Positions 8,829 through 18,583 of a DNA stretch of 32,000 nt are shown here, piece after piece (within the stretch, counting starts at the first letter, position 1; every line of letters starts with the position of its first letter). Source of the stretch: Sphaerochaeta halotolerans (GTDB lineage: Bacteria > Spirochaetota > Spirochaetia > Sphaerochaetales > Sphaerochaetaceae); assembly GCF_003429665.1 (NCBI RefSeq), contig NZ_QUWK01000002.1, positions 168,990 to 200,989 on the forward strand, written 5' to 3'. The notes beneath the pieces are model-generated. The model ran no database searches, was not told the origin of the DNA, and worked only from the letters and a program-made list of their open reading frames with translations. A program made the position numbers and the translations under genes.

Positions 8829-9238
8829 AGATTTGACAAGGAAACTAAGTCATCCTTTGAAATCGAGCACATACAATCCAACGCCTCCCGAACTGAAAAC
8901 TTTATTACATCACTGGAGCATGCCGAAGAGAAAGACTTCTGTAATAAAGAAAAGCTACTAGAACTTCAAAACCTTTCGAGGAAGGAAACGGACGAATCCA
9001 TCGATTCTTGATACACAACATCTTACCCCCGCGGGAAGTGGTGCCACGAGGACTCATGTTCCCGGTCTCGGCAGTCACGCTTAAGAATCCTCTTGATTAT
9101 GCTTTATCATTGGGGGTTTTTTTCCGATCATTGCTGCACTTGGTTGATTATCGACTGGATGAAGAGGTATCGGCAAGGGAAGAAGCAGTAATGGATGGTT
9201 ATGGAAACAGTGGTTCAGCCATGAACTGAAGGTGGAAG

Positions 9239-9470
9239 CACGTTGTCCTACCGTATTTCATAGCAAACATGGTGACTGGTTTACCTCGAAGAGGCCCTTG
9301 ATACACTCAAACCAACAGTGAAAAATTCTCTTTGTTATATCCTATCCTTGCAAACTCCTTTGTATGCTCTATCATAGATACGGTACACCAGTGAGGAGGG
9401 CCTATCTTTCATGCAGGATTCAAAGCGTTGCATCGGAGTGCTACTTGGTGAACTTTTTATCGATGAACCG
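9239..9470. repeat. Left copy of the ~230-bp imperfect direct repeat bounding the BREX island
   Basis: About 80% identical by eye to 26172-26410, with one indel of about 7 nt. It includes the same TTGCAA-16 nt-TATCAT promoter-like element (9348-9375), a GAGGAGGG RBS, and an ATGCAGGAT...CGTTGCATCGG start. Confidence 0.8.
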
Positions 9471-9545
9471 TTTAGAAAGAGATGGTCCATGGAAACTTTC
9501 TTTAATACCACAGGTTTCAGCGTAACAAAAAAAACGGGACCATGA
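9411..9545 (+). pseudogene. Truncated 5' remnant homologous to the sensor kinase gene at 26352
   Basis: The 44-codon ORF MQDSKRCIGVLLGELFIDEP... parallels MQDTPRCIGIFTAGLDDEYQ... of the 770-aa kinase. It then diverges and stops at 9543-9545. Confidence 0.65.
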
Positions 9546-9634
9546 AACCATTGGTATAACAGGTTCTGATCTCTCTTAATATCATCATATGTTGGATTAT
9601 CCGACTCTATTTAGCAATATTCGATAATTTATTC

Positions 9635-9663
9635 TTGATTTACATGTACTCTAAGCATAGAAT
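9635..9663 (+). promoter_or_regulatory. Candidate sigma70 promoter for the HTH gene / BREX operon
   Basis: TTGATT (9635-9640), a 17-nt spacer, then TAGAAT (9658-9663), 65 nt upstream of the HTH start in AT-rich DNA. Confidence 0.45.
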
Positions 9664-9680
9664 GAATGGTAAAAGGTGAT

Positions 9681-9708
9681 GCATAAGTATGCTTTGATAG
9701 TTATACTT
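9681..9708. promoter_or_regulatory. Palindromic candidate operator between the promoter and the HTH gene
   Basis: GCATA-AG-TATGC palindrome at 9681-9692. In addition, AAGTAT (9685-9690) and ATACTT (9703-9708) form an inverted repeat. Confidence 0.3.
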
Positions 9709-9727
9709 GTAGCAAGAGGGATTAAAA

Positions 9728-9907
9728 ATGGATGAGAGATGGCTAACTGTTGAGGACATTCGTCAGTATTTGAATGTCAGTAAAGAGACCATATACAGGT
9801 GGATTGAACACAACTCTATGCCCGGGCATAGAGTTGGCAGGCGATGGATGTTTAAGCAAAATGAAGTGGATACCTGGGTCCGCTCAGGTGGAGCATCCGA
9901 GAAATGA
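9728..9907 (+). CDS. Small helix-turn-helix protein, excisionase/AlpA (HTH_17) family
   Basis: 59-aa ORF, just under the track cutoff: MDERWLTVEDIRQYLNVSKETIYRWIEHNSMPGHRVGRRWMFKQNEVDTWVRSGGASEK. The pattern LT..e...yL.vS..TiYrW......P....G.rw.F...evd.W is the HTH_17 signature. GAGGG lies about 9 nt upstream. Confidence 0.75.
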   Translation: MDERWLTVEDIRQYLNVSKETIYRWIEHNSMPGHRVGRRWMFKQNEVDTWVRSGGASEK

Positions 9908-10038
9908 AAGGTATCAATACCTCAGGGCAAGAGCTGAACTCAGGAGGCGTTGCCTTCTTTCCGCCCCAAGGGACGGGGTATCTCACCTTGCTTTCCCTGC
10001 ACTCGCTCGGGAATGAGGTTGCTGAAAGGTAAAAGGGT

Positions 10039-10515
10039 ATGTCAATAACAGATTCTCAACTGCAAACAATTTTTAGCTCTCTTAAGACTGCAAAGGACAT
10101 GTATCATCAGCTCATTCTCGTTGTAGGTCCTTCAGGATCTGGGAAGACAGGAATTCTTAAGCAGATAGCTGAAAAAGAAAAAACCTCTGTTATCAATGTA
10201 AATCTAGAGATCTCCTCCCGTCTGCTTGAATTGACGAGAAAACAGAGGAAAACAAAACTTCAAACAATTTTTAATGATATAGTTGACCAAGCTCAGGCAC
10301 CTGTAATTCTCGATAATCTTGAGATTCTTTTTGATATAGAACTTGAGCAGGACCCGCTTCGCTTACTACAACATGCTTCAAGAAATACGCTCATTCTCGC
10401 TTCCTGGAATGGAATACTACAGGGCAAGAAACTGATATATGCAGAGATTACGCATCCTGAGTACAGGGTGTACGAAACATCGGATACGGTAACAATTGAT
10501 ATTGATAATGCATGA
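10039..10515 (+). CDS. brxF: BREX type 3 small P-loop ATPase BrxF
   Basis: 158-aa ORF with Walker [11 protein letters not shown] and a Walker-B-like VILDNLE. Its size and its position immediately upstream of brxC (ATGA stop/start overlap) match BrxF. Confidence 0.75.
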   Translation: MSITDSQLQTIFSSLKTAKDMYHQLILVVGPSGSGKTGILKQIAEKEKTSVINVNLEISSRLLELTRKQRKTKLQTIFNDIVDQAQAPVILDNLEILFDIELEQDPLRLLQHASRNTLILASWNGILQGKKLIYAEITHPEYRVYETSDTVTIDIDNA

Positions 10516-13500
10516 AATCACTTCAACAAGGAAAGGACATGAAATACGGCGACCTTATACAATTTGACCCAATAGAAACAGTTGTTCAATTGAGAGATGC
10601 TGATAAAAAGAACGCAGCAAAAACCTTGGTAGAAACGTATGTGATCTCAGATGAGATGGCCGAGAAACTGACTGAGATTGTCATCAAACAGCTGCAATTC
10701 GATACACCTGTTGATAACAAGGGGTTATTGGTAGTAGGTAACTATGGTACTGGTAAATCGCATTTAATGTCTGTGATCTCCAGTATTGCTGCTGATGCAT
10801 CACTCCTTGAAAGCTTGAGAAATGATGTTGTAAAAGAATCAGCTAAACAGATTGCTGGCAAGTTCAAGGTCTTGCGTACGGAAATCGGGGCTACAACCAT
10901 GTCACTCAGAGATATTATTGTAGCTGAATTGGAGGACTATCTTGAAAGGATAGATGTTGATTATTCGTTCCCCGCTGCAGATACAATCACAAATCATAAA
11001 CGGGCTTTTGAAGATCTGATGGAAGTATTCGCTGAAGTCTATCCTGACCAGGGACTCCTTCTTGTTGTAGATGAGCTCTTAGATTTCTTGAGAACCCGAA
11101 AAGACCATGATCTTGTTCTTGATCTGAATTTCCTACGGGAGATTGGTGAGGTTTGCAAAGATCTCAGATTCCGCTTTGTTGCCGGAGTCCAGGAAGCAAT
11201 ATTTGAAAGCCATCGTTTTGCCTTTGTTGCTGAGAGTATCCGCCGAGTACAGCAGCGATTCGATCAAATACTAATTGCCAGAAAAGATATCAAGTTCGTT
11301 GTAGCACAGCGACTTCTGAAGAAAACAGCAGCGCAGACTTCAAACATACGTGAACATCTCACCCCCTTTGCAAAATACTATAATGGATTGAATGAACGGA
11401 TGGATGAATTCGTGAATCTTTTCCCGGTCCATCCTGATTACATAGACACATTTGAAAGAATCACGGTAGTAGAAAAGCGAGAGATCCTTAAGACTTTGTC
11501 CAACAGCATGAAAGAGCTCCTGCTCACAGATGTTCCCAAGGATAAACCGGGGCTCATTGCTTTTGACAGCTATTGGAAAACCCTCATTCAGAATGCTGCG
11601 AATAGAGCGATCCCTGATATAAGGGAAGTTATGGACTGTAGCAATGTCCTGGAATCACGCATAGAAAATGCAATCACTCGAAAGCAATATAAACCTATGG
11701 CTATCAGATTAATCAATGCCTTATCTGTACACAGACTTACTACCGGTGATATCCATGCCCCGATGGGAGCAAGTGCAAGGGAATTACGTGACAGGCTCTG
11801 TCTCTTTGATCCAATGATCGAAGAATTGGGAAGTGATGAGCCAGAGAAAGATCTTGAAACACAGGTGGAGGTTGTCCTAAAAGAAATTCTTAAAACAGTC
11901 AGTGGGCAATTCATTTCTTTCAATTCCGACAACCGCCAGTACTACCTCGATCTGAAAAAGACGGAAGATTATGATGCAATCATCGAAAAGCGGGCAGAAA
12001 GCATGGGCGATTCCCAACTTGATCGTTTTTACTACGAAGCATTAAAGCAAGTTATGGAGTGTCAGGATGGCACCTATGTCTCCGGCTATAGAATCTGGCA
12101 GCATGAACTAGTCTGGCAAAGTCGAAAAGCTGCAAGAACCGGGTACCTCTTTTTTGGCGCTCCCAATGAGAGATCTACTGCTACTCCCACTCGTGATTTC
12201 TATATCTACTTTCTCCAGCCTTTTGATCCCCCACGCTTCCAGGATATGAAAAAAAGCGATGAGGTTTTCTTCAGACTTAAGCCAATTAAAGATCAAAGTG
12301 AAGAGTTCAATGTGAACCTTAAAAATTATGCTGCTGCTTTGGATCTTACAACTACCTCTTCCGGCCATGCGAAAGCAACGTATCAGGACAAGGCTAATGG
12401 TCATCTAAGAAAATTAGTCCAATGGCTCCAAAAGCATATGTCGGATGCTTTCACTGTCACTTATCAAGGACGAACAAAACCTATCCTGGAATGGGTAAAA
12501 GGGAAACCTATTCGTGACCTCTCAGGGATATCTCCGCAGGAGACCATCAACTTTAGGGACCATGTCAATACTATTGCAGGTTTGTGTCTGGAGCCACATT
12601 TTGAGAATCTTGCACCTGGGTATCCTGCTTTCTCAATTCTCATCACCGGCAGCAACAGGGCACAAGCAGCAAAGGATGCTCTCAGAGCAATTGCAGGACA
12701 GAACAGTACCAAACAGGCCAGTGCAGTATTAGATGCATTAGGATTACTTGATGGAGATAAGCTCGATCCTTACCATTCACCCTTCACAAAACACATCCTT
12801 GATATTGTAAAATCAAAAGGACATGGGCAAGTAATCAACAGGACAGAAATCTTCACTGATGACCACGGAGTGGAATTCATGTCTCCCTCTGCCTTCCGTC
12901 TTGAACCAGATTGGGTGGTAGTAATTATAGCAGCTCTTGTCTATTCAGGTGATCTCGTATTAGCAATCCCAGGTAAGAAGTTCGATGCGACAGCTGTCCA
13001 ACAGCTCGCTTCAGTTCAGATCGATGAACTTGTAAACTTCAAACACCTGGAACAGCCAAAGGAATGGAATCTTCCCGCATTGAAAGCATTGTTTGAACTA
13101 CTGGACCTTACTCCAGGTATGGCCCAATTGATAACCCAAGGAGACAGTGAACCAATTCAGGAAATGCAGAAGAAAGTGAGCAAACTGGTAGATCGAATTG
13201 TGTTAGCTCAGAAATCCTGCAGAGAAGGTATTGCTTTCTGGGATACCAATCTCCTCCAAGAAATGAACTATATGAACTTGCTAGCAGATCTCGATGCATC
13301 AAAGGATTTCGTCGAATCACTTCAGGTCTATTCATCACCTGGAAAACTCAAAAACTTCCGCTATAGTGTTGATGAGGTAAAGAGCTATAAGAAATCAATT
13401 GTCATGATTGAGGATATAGAGATTCTTAAAGAATTTGCTGTCTCCCAGAGCACCATCATATCTTGGCTTTCAACTGCTGAAGGGACACTGCCAAAAGAAC

Positions 13501-14279
13501 ATGTTTGGGTTGATCGGTTACATACTGCCAAGCAGGATATTATTGATCTGTTGCAGAAAACAACTCCACAGGATATCAAGAAGCAAGCTCAAACTATCGG
13601 TTTAGCCTTGAATGATCTAAAAAAAGAGTTCATTAAAACGTATTCTGATTTACACACACGCTTCCGGCTTGGAGTGAATGAATACAATCGAAAAGCAAAG
13701 CTGATGACTGATCAAAGACTGCAGACTCTCCAGAAACTTGCAGGTATCGATCTTATGCCGATCCAACAGCTCAAAGATTTCCAGAGCAGGTTGGCTGAAC
13801 TGAAAAGCTGTTCCAATCTGACAGAACAAGAGTTGGAATCATCACCTGTGTGCCGTCATTGTGGTTACCGCCCAATTAACGAGACGGGATCAGCTGCTAG
13901 CAAACACATGATTGATACTCTTGATGATGAACTTGACTCACTCGTTAAGGGCTGGACTAAAACCCTTATAGGGAATCTGGAAGATCCTATTACTCAATCA
14001 AACCTGAATCTCTTAAAGCTTGAGGAAAGAAAAAGCATCGAGGAGTTCATCAACTCTGGAGAACTACCGACACCGGTTGATTCAGATTTCGTTCATTCTT
14101 TAAAGGAAGTATTGTCTGGTCTTATCAAGGTTGCTGTAAAATCCCAGGATCTGCAGAAAGCCCTTCAACTGGACCAAGGCCCAACTACTCCAATTGAGAT
14201 GAAGAAGAGGTTTGAAGAGTATATAGATAAGCTTACCCAGGGTAAAGATCAGGCCAAAGTCCGCATAGTAGTAGAATAA
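10512..14279 (+). CDS. brxC: BREX ATPase BrxC/PglY (large P-loop protein, DUF6079-like)
   Basis: 1255-aa ORF with Walker [10 protein letters not shown] and Walker [12 protein letters not shown]. Size and position between brxF and pglXI fit BrxC/PglY. An alternative start at 10539 ([18 protein letters not shown]) follows AAGGAAAGG. Confidence 0.85.
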   Translation: MKSLQQGKDMKYGDLIQFDPIETVVQLRDADKKNAAKTLVETYVISDEMAEKLTEIVIKQLQFDTPVDNKGLLVVGNYGTGKSHLMSVISSIAADASLLESLRNDVVKESAKQIAGKFKVLRTEIGATTMSLRDIIVAELEDYLERIDVDYSFPAADTITNHKRAFEDLMEVFAEVYPDQGLLLVVDELLDFLRTRKDHDLVLDLNFLREIGEVCKDLRFRFVAGVQEAIFESHRFAFVAESIRRVQQRFDQILIARKDIKFVVAQRLLKKTAAQTSNIREHLTPFAKYYNGLNERMDEFVNLFPVHPDYIDTFERITVVEKREILKTLSNSMKELLLTDVPKDKPGLIAFDSYWKTLIQNAANRAIPDIREVMDCSNVLESRIENAITRKQYKPMAIRLINALSVHRLTTGDIHAPMGASARELRDRLCLFDPMIEELGSDEPEKDLETQVEVVLKEILKTVSGQFISFNSDNRQYYLDLKKTEDYDAIIEKRAESMGDSQLDRFYYEALKQVMECQDGTYVSGYRIWQHELVWQSRKAARTGYLFFGAPNERSTATPTRDFYIYFLQPFDPPRFQDMKKSDEVFFRLKPIKDQSEEFNVNLKNYAAALDLTTTSSGHAKATYQDKANGHLRKLVQWLQKHMSDAFTVTYQGRTKPILEWVKGKPIRDLSGISPQETINFRDHVNTIAGLCLEPHFENLAPGYPAFSILITGSNRAQAAKDALRAIAGQNSTKQASAVLDALGLLDGDKLDPYHSPFTKHILDIVKSKGHGQVINRTEIFTDDHGVEFMSPSAFRLEPDWVVVIIAALVYSGDLVLAIPGKKFDATAVQQLASVQIDELVNFKHLEQPKEWNLPALKALFELLDLTPGMAQLITQGDSEPIQEMQKKVSKLVDRIVLAQKSCREGIAFWDTNLLQEMNYMNLLADLDASKDFVESLQVYSSPGKLKNFRYSVDEVKSYKKSIVMIEDIEILKEFAVSQSTIISWLSTAEGTLPKEHVWVDRLHTAKQDIIDLLQKTTPQDIKKQAQTIGLALNDLKKEFIKTYSDLHTRFRLGVNEYNRKAKLMTDQRLQTLQKLAGIDLMPIQQLKDFQSRLAELKSCSNLTEQELESSPVCRHCGYRPINETGSAASKHMIDTLDDELDSLVKGWTKTLIGNLEDPITQSNLNLLKLEERKSIEEFINSGELPTPVDSDFVHSLKEVLSGLIKVAVKSQDLQKALQLDQGPTTPIEMKKRFEEYIDKLTQGKDQAKVRIVVE

Positions 14280-14297
14280 ATCACAAAGGATATATAC

Positions 14298-17114
14298 ATG
14301 AGCAAACAGGGAAACCTTTTTAACTCACAGATAGTCCCGGGCAAACCGGGAAGTGGCAATCTTTTCGATGAAGAGTTTGTAATAGATAAAGGACCAGTAG
14401 TGTGTTTAGGGCTTGAATTCGATAATGATGAAGCAAGACGAACATATTTCACTGAAGAGTTAAGAAAAAAACTTAATGACCCAGAATTCAGAAACATAGA
14501 AGGCTTCCCCATAGGAGAAGACGAAGATATCCTCAAGCTAAGTGACCCACCTTACTACACAGCCTGTCCCAATCCATGGATACCTGACTTCATAGAGCAG
14601 TGGGAGAAAGAAAAACCAGAGAAGCCAGATGATTTTCATTACCATCGAGAACCCTTTGCTGCAGATGTGAGCGAAGGGAAAAATGATCCGATCTATAATG
14701 CTCACTCCTATCATACAAAGGTTCCACATAAGGCTGTTATGCGATATATCCTTCATTACACTGATCCTGGTGATATTGTATTTGATGGATTTGCAGGGAC
14801 TGGTATGACAGGAGTCGCTGCTCAGATGTGTGGCGATAGAGAAGCCATACTATCATTAGGGTATCAAGTAAAAAACGATGGGACCATTCTTCAGGAGGAA
14901 GAGGATGAGAACGGTAAGAAAACCTGGAAGCCTTTCTCAAAGCTGGGTGCTCGAAAAGCAGTTCTCAATGACCTTTCTCCTGCTGCAACCTTTATTGCGT
15001 ATAACTATAACACCCCAGTTGATGTAAAGGAATTCGAACGAGAAGCGAAACGAATCCTTGCTGAAGTCGAGGAAGAATGCGGCTGGATGTACGAGACCTC
15101 ACATACTGATGGCCGAAAAGGCAGAATCAACTATACGGTGTGGTCTGATGTCTTCACCTGCCCTGAATGTGCCGGTGAAGTTGTATTCTGGGAAGCTGCT
15201 GTAGACAAACAAGCTGGAAAAGTACAGGACGAATTCCCGTGCCCACATTGCAAAGCTGAACTGACAAAAAGAAAAATGGACCGTGCCTGGACAACAAAAT
15301 ATGATTCAGCTCTAAATGAATCTGTAAGACAAGCAAAGCAGGTTCCTGTACTGATCAATTATACTGTAGACGGTACAAAGAGGAGGTTTGAAAAAACTCC
15401 AGATGAGCATGATTTAAAGCTTATTAATACGATTGAAAACAGTGAGATTCCGTATTGGTTTCCAACCAACATCATTATTGATGGCAAAGAAATTGGCCGT
15501 TTAAAATCTCTAGAGATAAAAAATATCCATCAAATACTACCCAAAAGGAGTAATTGGATTCTTAGTTCTTTTCAAGATAAATGTAGCAGTAATTCAAAAT
15601 TATTTATTATAGCCACTTCCGCACTTCATAATTTGAGCTGGATGTATCGCTGGCGAGCAAATGGTAAAGGTGGAACTACCTCTGGCACTTATTATATATG
15701 CGCAACACCTCAAGAAAACAGTCCGTTTAATCAGCTTAGAGCTAAACTTGACGATATGCTTAAAGCTATTAACTATCGGATCAACACAGTTTCTACTCAA
15801 GATTCTAGCAATCTAAGAATGCTAGATGAATCAATCGACTACCTTTTTTTTGATCCCCCATTTGGGGCAAATTTGATGTACTCTGAATTAAGTTACATTT
15901 GGGAATCATGGTTGAAGGTTTCTACAAATAACAAGTCGGAAGCTATTGAAAATCCTGTTCAAGGTAAAGGACCAGATGAATATCGGCAATTGATGACAGC
16001 TTGTTTCAAAGAAGCTTATAGAGTGCTAAAGCCAGGTCGCTGGATGACTGTTGAATTTTCAAACACGAAAGCATCTGTATGGAATAGCATTCAAGCTGCC
16101 ATAAATGAAGCTGGATTTATCATTGCAAATGTATCAGCTTTGGACAAGAAGCAAGGCAGTTTCAAGGCAGTTACAACTCCAACCGCAGTAAAACAAGACC
16201 TGGTAATCTCAGCATACAAACCGAATGGAGGCTTTGAAGAGCGCTTTCTGAAAGAAGCTCGGACAGAAGAAGGTGTATGGGATTTCATTCATACGCATCT
16301 CCAGTATTTACCGGTCACCAAACTTCAGGGAACAGACCTTATAGTCATACCGGAAAGAGATCCAAGAATCCTGTATGATCAGGTAATTACTTATTATGTG
16401 AGAAAAGGGTATGGTGTTCCCATTGATAGTCAGGAATTCCAAGTCGGCTTATCTCAGAGGTTCTCTGAACGTGATGGTATGTATTTCTTGCCTGAACAGG
16501 TTGCTGAGTATGATCAGAAGAAATTGCGCCTTGGAAACAAGACAGTATTACAATCACTCTTTATTTCCGATGAAGCTTCTGCTATTGAGTGGCTAAGAAG
16601 TTTGCTAAGGGAAAAACCTCAAAGTTATCAAGATATAAATCCACAGTTTATGAAAGAAATTAGTGGCTGGAGTAAAAATGAAACTGGACTAGAATTGTCT
16701 ATACTTTTAGAACAGAACTTCCTTGTATATGATGGAGCTGGTTCTGTTCCTGAGCAGATTCATAGTTATTTATCCACTAACTGGAAAGATTTAAGAAATC
16801 TCTCAAAGCAAGATCCAACCTTAATTGCTAAAGCAAAAGGACGTTGGTATGTACCTGATCCAAGCAAAGCTGGAGATTTAGAAAAATTACGAGAAAGAGC
16901 CTTACTCAAGGAATTTGAACAGTACAAACAATATAATAAGAAACTAAAAGTGTTCAGACTTGAGGCTGTTAGAACTGGCTTTAAGAGAGCGTGGCAAGAA
17001 AGAGATTATCAAACTATCGTTTCTATAGCTGAAAAAATCCCTTCTAGTGTTCTAGAAGAAGATCCAAAGTTGCTGATGTGGTATGATCAAGCAATGACAA
17101 GATTGGGAGATTAA
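14298..17114 (+). CDS. pglX: BREX type 3 DNA methyltransferase PglXI (N6/N4 methylase family)
   Basis: 938-aa ORF with SAM-binding motif I VFDGFAGTGMTG. A CxxC...CxxC zinc ribbon is present (CPECAGEV...CPHCKAEL). The catalytic motif IV FFDPPFG has its D at 15852-15854. An N-terminal SDPPYYTACPNPW box is also present. Confidence 0.85.
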   Translation: MSKQGNLFNSQIVPGKPGSGNLFDEEFVIDKGPVVCLGLEFDNDEARRTYFTEELRKKLNDPEFRNIEGFPIGEDEDILKLSDPPYYTACPNPWIPDFIEQWEKEKPEKPDDFHYHREPFAADVSEGKNDPIYNAHSYHTKVPHKAVMRYILHYTDPGDIVFDGFAGTGMTGVAAQMCGDREAILSLGYQVKNDGTILQEEEDENGKKTWKPFSKLGARKAVLNDLSPAATFIAYNYNTPVDVKEFEREAKRILAEVEEECGWMYETSHTDGRKGRINYTVWSDVFTCPECAGEVVFWEAAVDKQAGKVQDEFPCPHCKAELTKRKMDRAWTTKYDSALNESVRQAKQVPVLINYTVDGTKRRFEKTPDEHDLKLINTIENSEIPYWFPTNIIIDGKEIGRLKSLEIKNIHQILPKRSNWILSSFQDKCSSNSKLFIIATSALHNLSWMYRWRANGKGGTTSGTYYICATPQENSPFNQLRAKLDDMLKAINYRINTVSTQDSSNLRMLDESIDYLFFDPPFGANLMYSELSYIWESWLKVSTNNKSEAIENPVQGKGPDEYRQLMTACFKEAYRVLKPGRWMTVEFSNTKASVWNSIQAAINEAGFIIANVSALDKKQGSFKAVTTPTAVKQDLVISAYKPNGGFEERFLKEARTEEGVWDFIHTHLQYLPVTKLQGTDLIVIPERDPRILYDQVITYYVRKGYGVPIDSQEFQVGLSQRFSERDGMYFLPEQVAEYDQKKLRLGNKTVLQSLFISDEASAIEWLRSLLREKPQSYQDINPQFMKEISGWSKNETGLELSILLEQNFLVYDGAGSVPEQIHSYLSTNWKDLRNLSKQDPTLIAKAKGRWYVPDPSKAGDLEKLRERALLKEFEQYKQYNKKLKVFRLEAVRTGFKRAWQERDYQTIVSIAEKIPSSVLEEDPKLLMWYDQAMTRLGD

Positions 17115-17120
17115 AACCTT

Positions 17121-17966
17121 ATGGTAATTACATTTTTAAAAAAGATAGCTTGGTACTACCCAAAATCTGTCTTTGCAGCATTGGGGTTATTTTGGTTAGT
17201 CATCGAACCAATTATTGGACTGACCGGTAATACTATAAATCTATCATATTGGCAATTATTTGGTTTGTCTGCGTCTATTGGAGTTATTTGGTTCATACTC
17301 GACGGAATATGGTTTTCTGGCTACCTAAAAAATAGAATAGAGATAACAAGTAACGGATTCGACACCAAAATAATAATTAAGTTTAGCGATCTATTTAATG
17401 AAGAAGGCTGGAAAGCAATACCAGTAAATGATTTTTTTGATTCAATTGTTGATGACAGACATATTTCGTCGAAAAGCCTCCATGGAATTCTCATTAAGAG
17501 ATACTGGGGAGGAAATACTAATGACTGGGATCAACAAGTCGAAGAACAGTTAAGTGATCTCACAGTTACCGATGAAACAAGACCCAAGGGAAAGACAAAA
17601 CGATATAAGATTGGTACGGCAGCAGTTTTAAGAAAAGATGGTGATAGGTTTATTTGTGTAGCATCCACGCATACCAATATCTCGAATTTAGAAACCAAAG
17701 CTAACACTGTTGATCTACACCATGCGATTTGTGGAGTCCTTGAGACATCCCGATCATGTTGTAGCAATGAAACATTATCAATTCCCTTATTTGGGTCAGG
17801 TCTTTCACGGATTGGGCTAAAGAATAATATTTTGGTTGATCACATTTTAACTGCTATTTTTGAAGAATCAAAAAAGAGCAAAGTTACCGACGTAATTCAA
17901 ATTATTTTACCTAAAAACAAAAGAGATGATATCAACCTTTTATCAATAAAAAGAGACTGGAGTTAA
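17121..17966 (+). CDS. thsA: Two-TM protein with a C-terminal Macro-like domain (candidate type II Thoeris ThsA effector)
   Basis: 281-aa ORF with two N-terminal hydrophobic helices (SVFAALGLFWLVIEPIIGL and WQLFGLSASIGVIWFILDGIWF). A soluble domain follows, with Macro-like landmarks WKAIPVNDFFDS and LSIPLFGSGLSRIG. It starts 6 nt after the pglXI stop. The domain call is by eye only. Confidence 0.55.
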   Translation: MVITFLKKIAWYYPKSVFAALGLFWLVIEPIIGLTGNTINLSYWQLFGLSASIGVIWFILDGIWFSGYLKNRIEITSNGFDTKIIIKFSDLFNEEGWKAIPVNDFFDSIVDDRHISSKSLHGILIKRYWGGNTNDWDQQVEEQLSDLTVTDETRPKGKTKRYKIGTAAVLRKDGDRFICVASTHTNISNLETKANTVDLHHAICGVLETSRSCCSNETLSIPLFGSGLSRIGLKNNILVDHILTAIFEESKKSKVTDVIQIILPKNKRDDINLLSIKRDWS

Positions 17967-17969
17967 ATT

Positions 17970-18551
17970 ATGGCATATAGAAGCGGTACATATATTGCAT
18001 TTGATGGGCTAGGACAAGAAAATCCTACATTATCAGATTTCAAGTATTACTCTACAATTCAAGCATGGGCTAGAAACACAGAGATCGATTTTAAATATGT
18101 TGATAGTCATGCAAAAACTAGTGCAGTAAGGGATACTAGTCTGAGGACAACTCTTCAATTAAGAATTCGAGAGCGTTTATCAAACTCAAAAAATGTAGTG
18201 GTAATACTAAGCAGTGATACCAGAAAAACAGGTAGTATGCTTTCTTATGAAATTGAGCAAGCTGTAGATACATATTTTCTACCATTAATCATTGCATATG
18301 TAGATTATAGTGCAATCGCAGATCCATCTCAGCTCTCATCGTACTGGCCAAATGCACTTAGTACACGAATCTCGAAAGGAACTGCAAAGGCTATTCATAT
18401 CCCATTCCTGAAGAATGCCATCTTGGATGCAATTAGCCAATTTTCATTTAATAATCTCCCGAAAACCAGTTTGAATTATTATTGCCGAGATGCTCATATG
18501 CAATTTGGTTGTATATCGGTAGCATCCCCTTTCATAAACACAATGAAATAA
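17970..18551 (+). CDS. thsB: TIR-like protein, DUF1863/ThsB family (candidate Thoeris ThsB)
   Basis: 193-aa ORF. The pattern TYIAFDG...DFKYYSTIQAW..N..IDFKYVDSH...LRIRERLSNSKNVVVILSSDT....SYEIEQA matches the ThsB/Tir TIR-like domain. It includes the conserved Glu (E94, 18249-18251) in the [RS]YEI context. The gap after the preceding gene is 3 nt. Confidence 0.7.
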   Translation: MAYRSGTYIAFDGLGQENPTLSDFKYYSTIQAWARNTEIDFKYVDSHAKTSAVRDTSLRTTLQLRIRERLSNSKNVVVILSSDTRKTGSMLSYEIEQAVDTYFLPLIIAYVDYSAIADPSQLSSYWPNALSTRISKGTAKAIHIPFLKNAILDAISQFSFNNLPKTSLNYYCRDAHMQFGCISVASPFINTMK

Positions 18552-18583
18552 CCAGTTAATAATTATTGTGAAGGAGTTAAATA

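Noticed and set aside
8817-9229. Two small plus-strand ORFs (64 and 73 aa) with faint resemblance to a Fic-family N-terminal region (KETKSSFEIEHIQ; ILPPREVVPRGLM)
   Set aside because: The resemblance rests on a few residues and would require large deletions. It is too weak to call a Fic pseudogene without an HMM or BLASTX hit.
6286-9470. Looked for a CRISPR array, integrase, transposase or IS ends to explain the repeats
   Set aside because: The repeats are 125 bp and about 230 bp long, occur in only two or three copies, and have kilobase-scale spacing, so they are not CRISPR-like. No ORF in any frame shows tyrosine or serine recombinase or DDE transposase motifs. No terminal inverted repeats were seen.
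9774-10016. 80-aa plus-strand ORF spanning the HTH gene 3' end and the HTH-brxF spacer
   Set aside because: It overlaps the well-supported HTH_17 ORF in another frame, has no RBS, and has Arg/Gly/Pro/Ala-rich junk-like composition. I did not find a convincing RNA structure in the 131-nt spacer (9908-10038) either.
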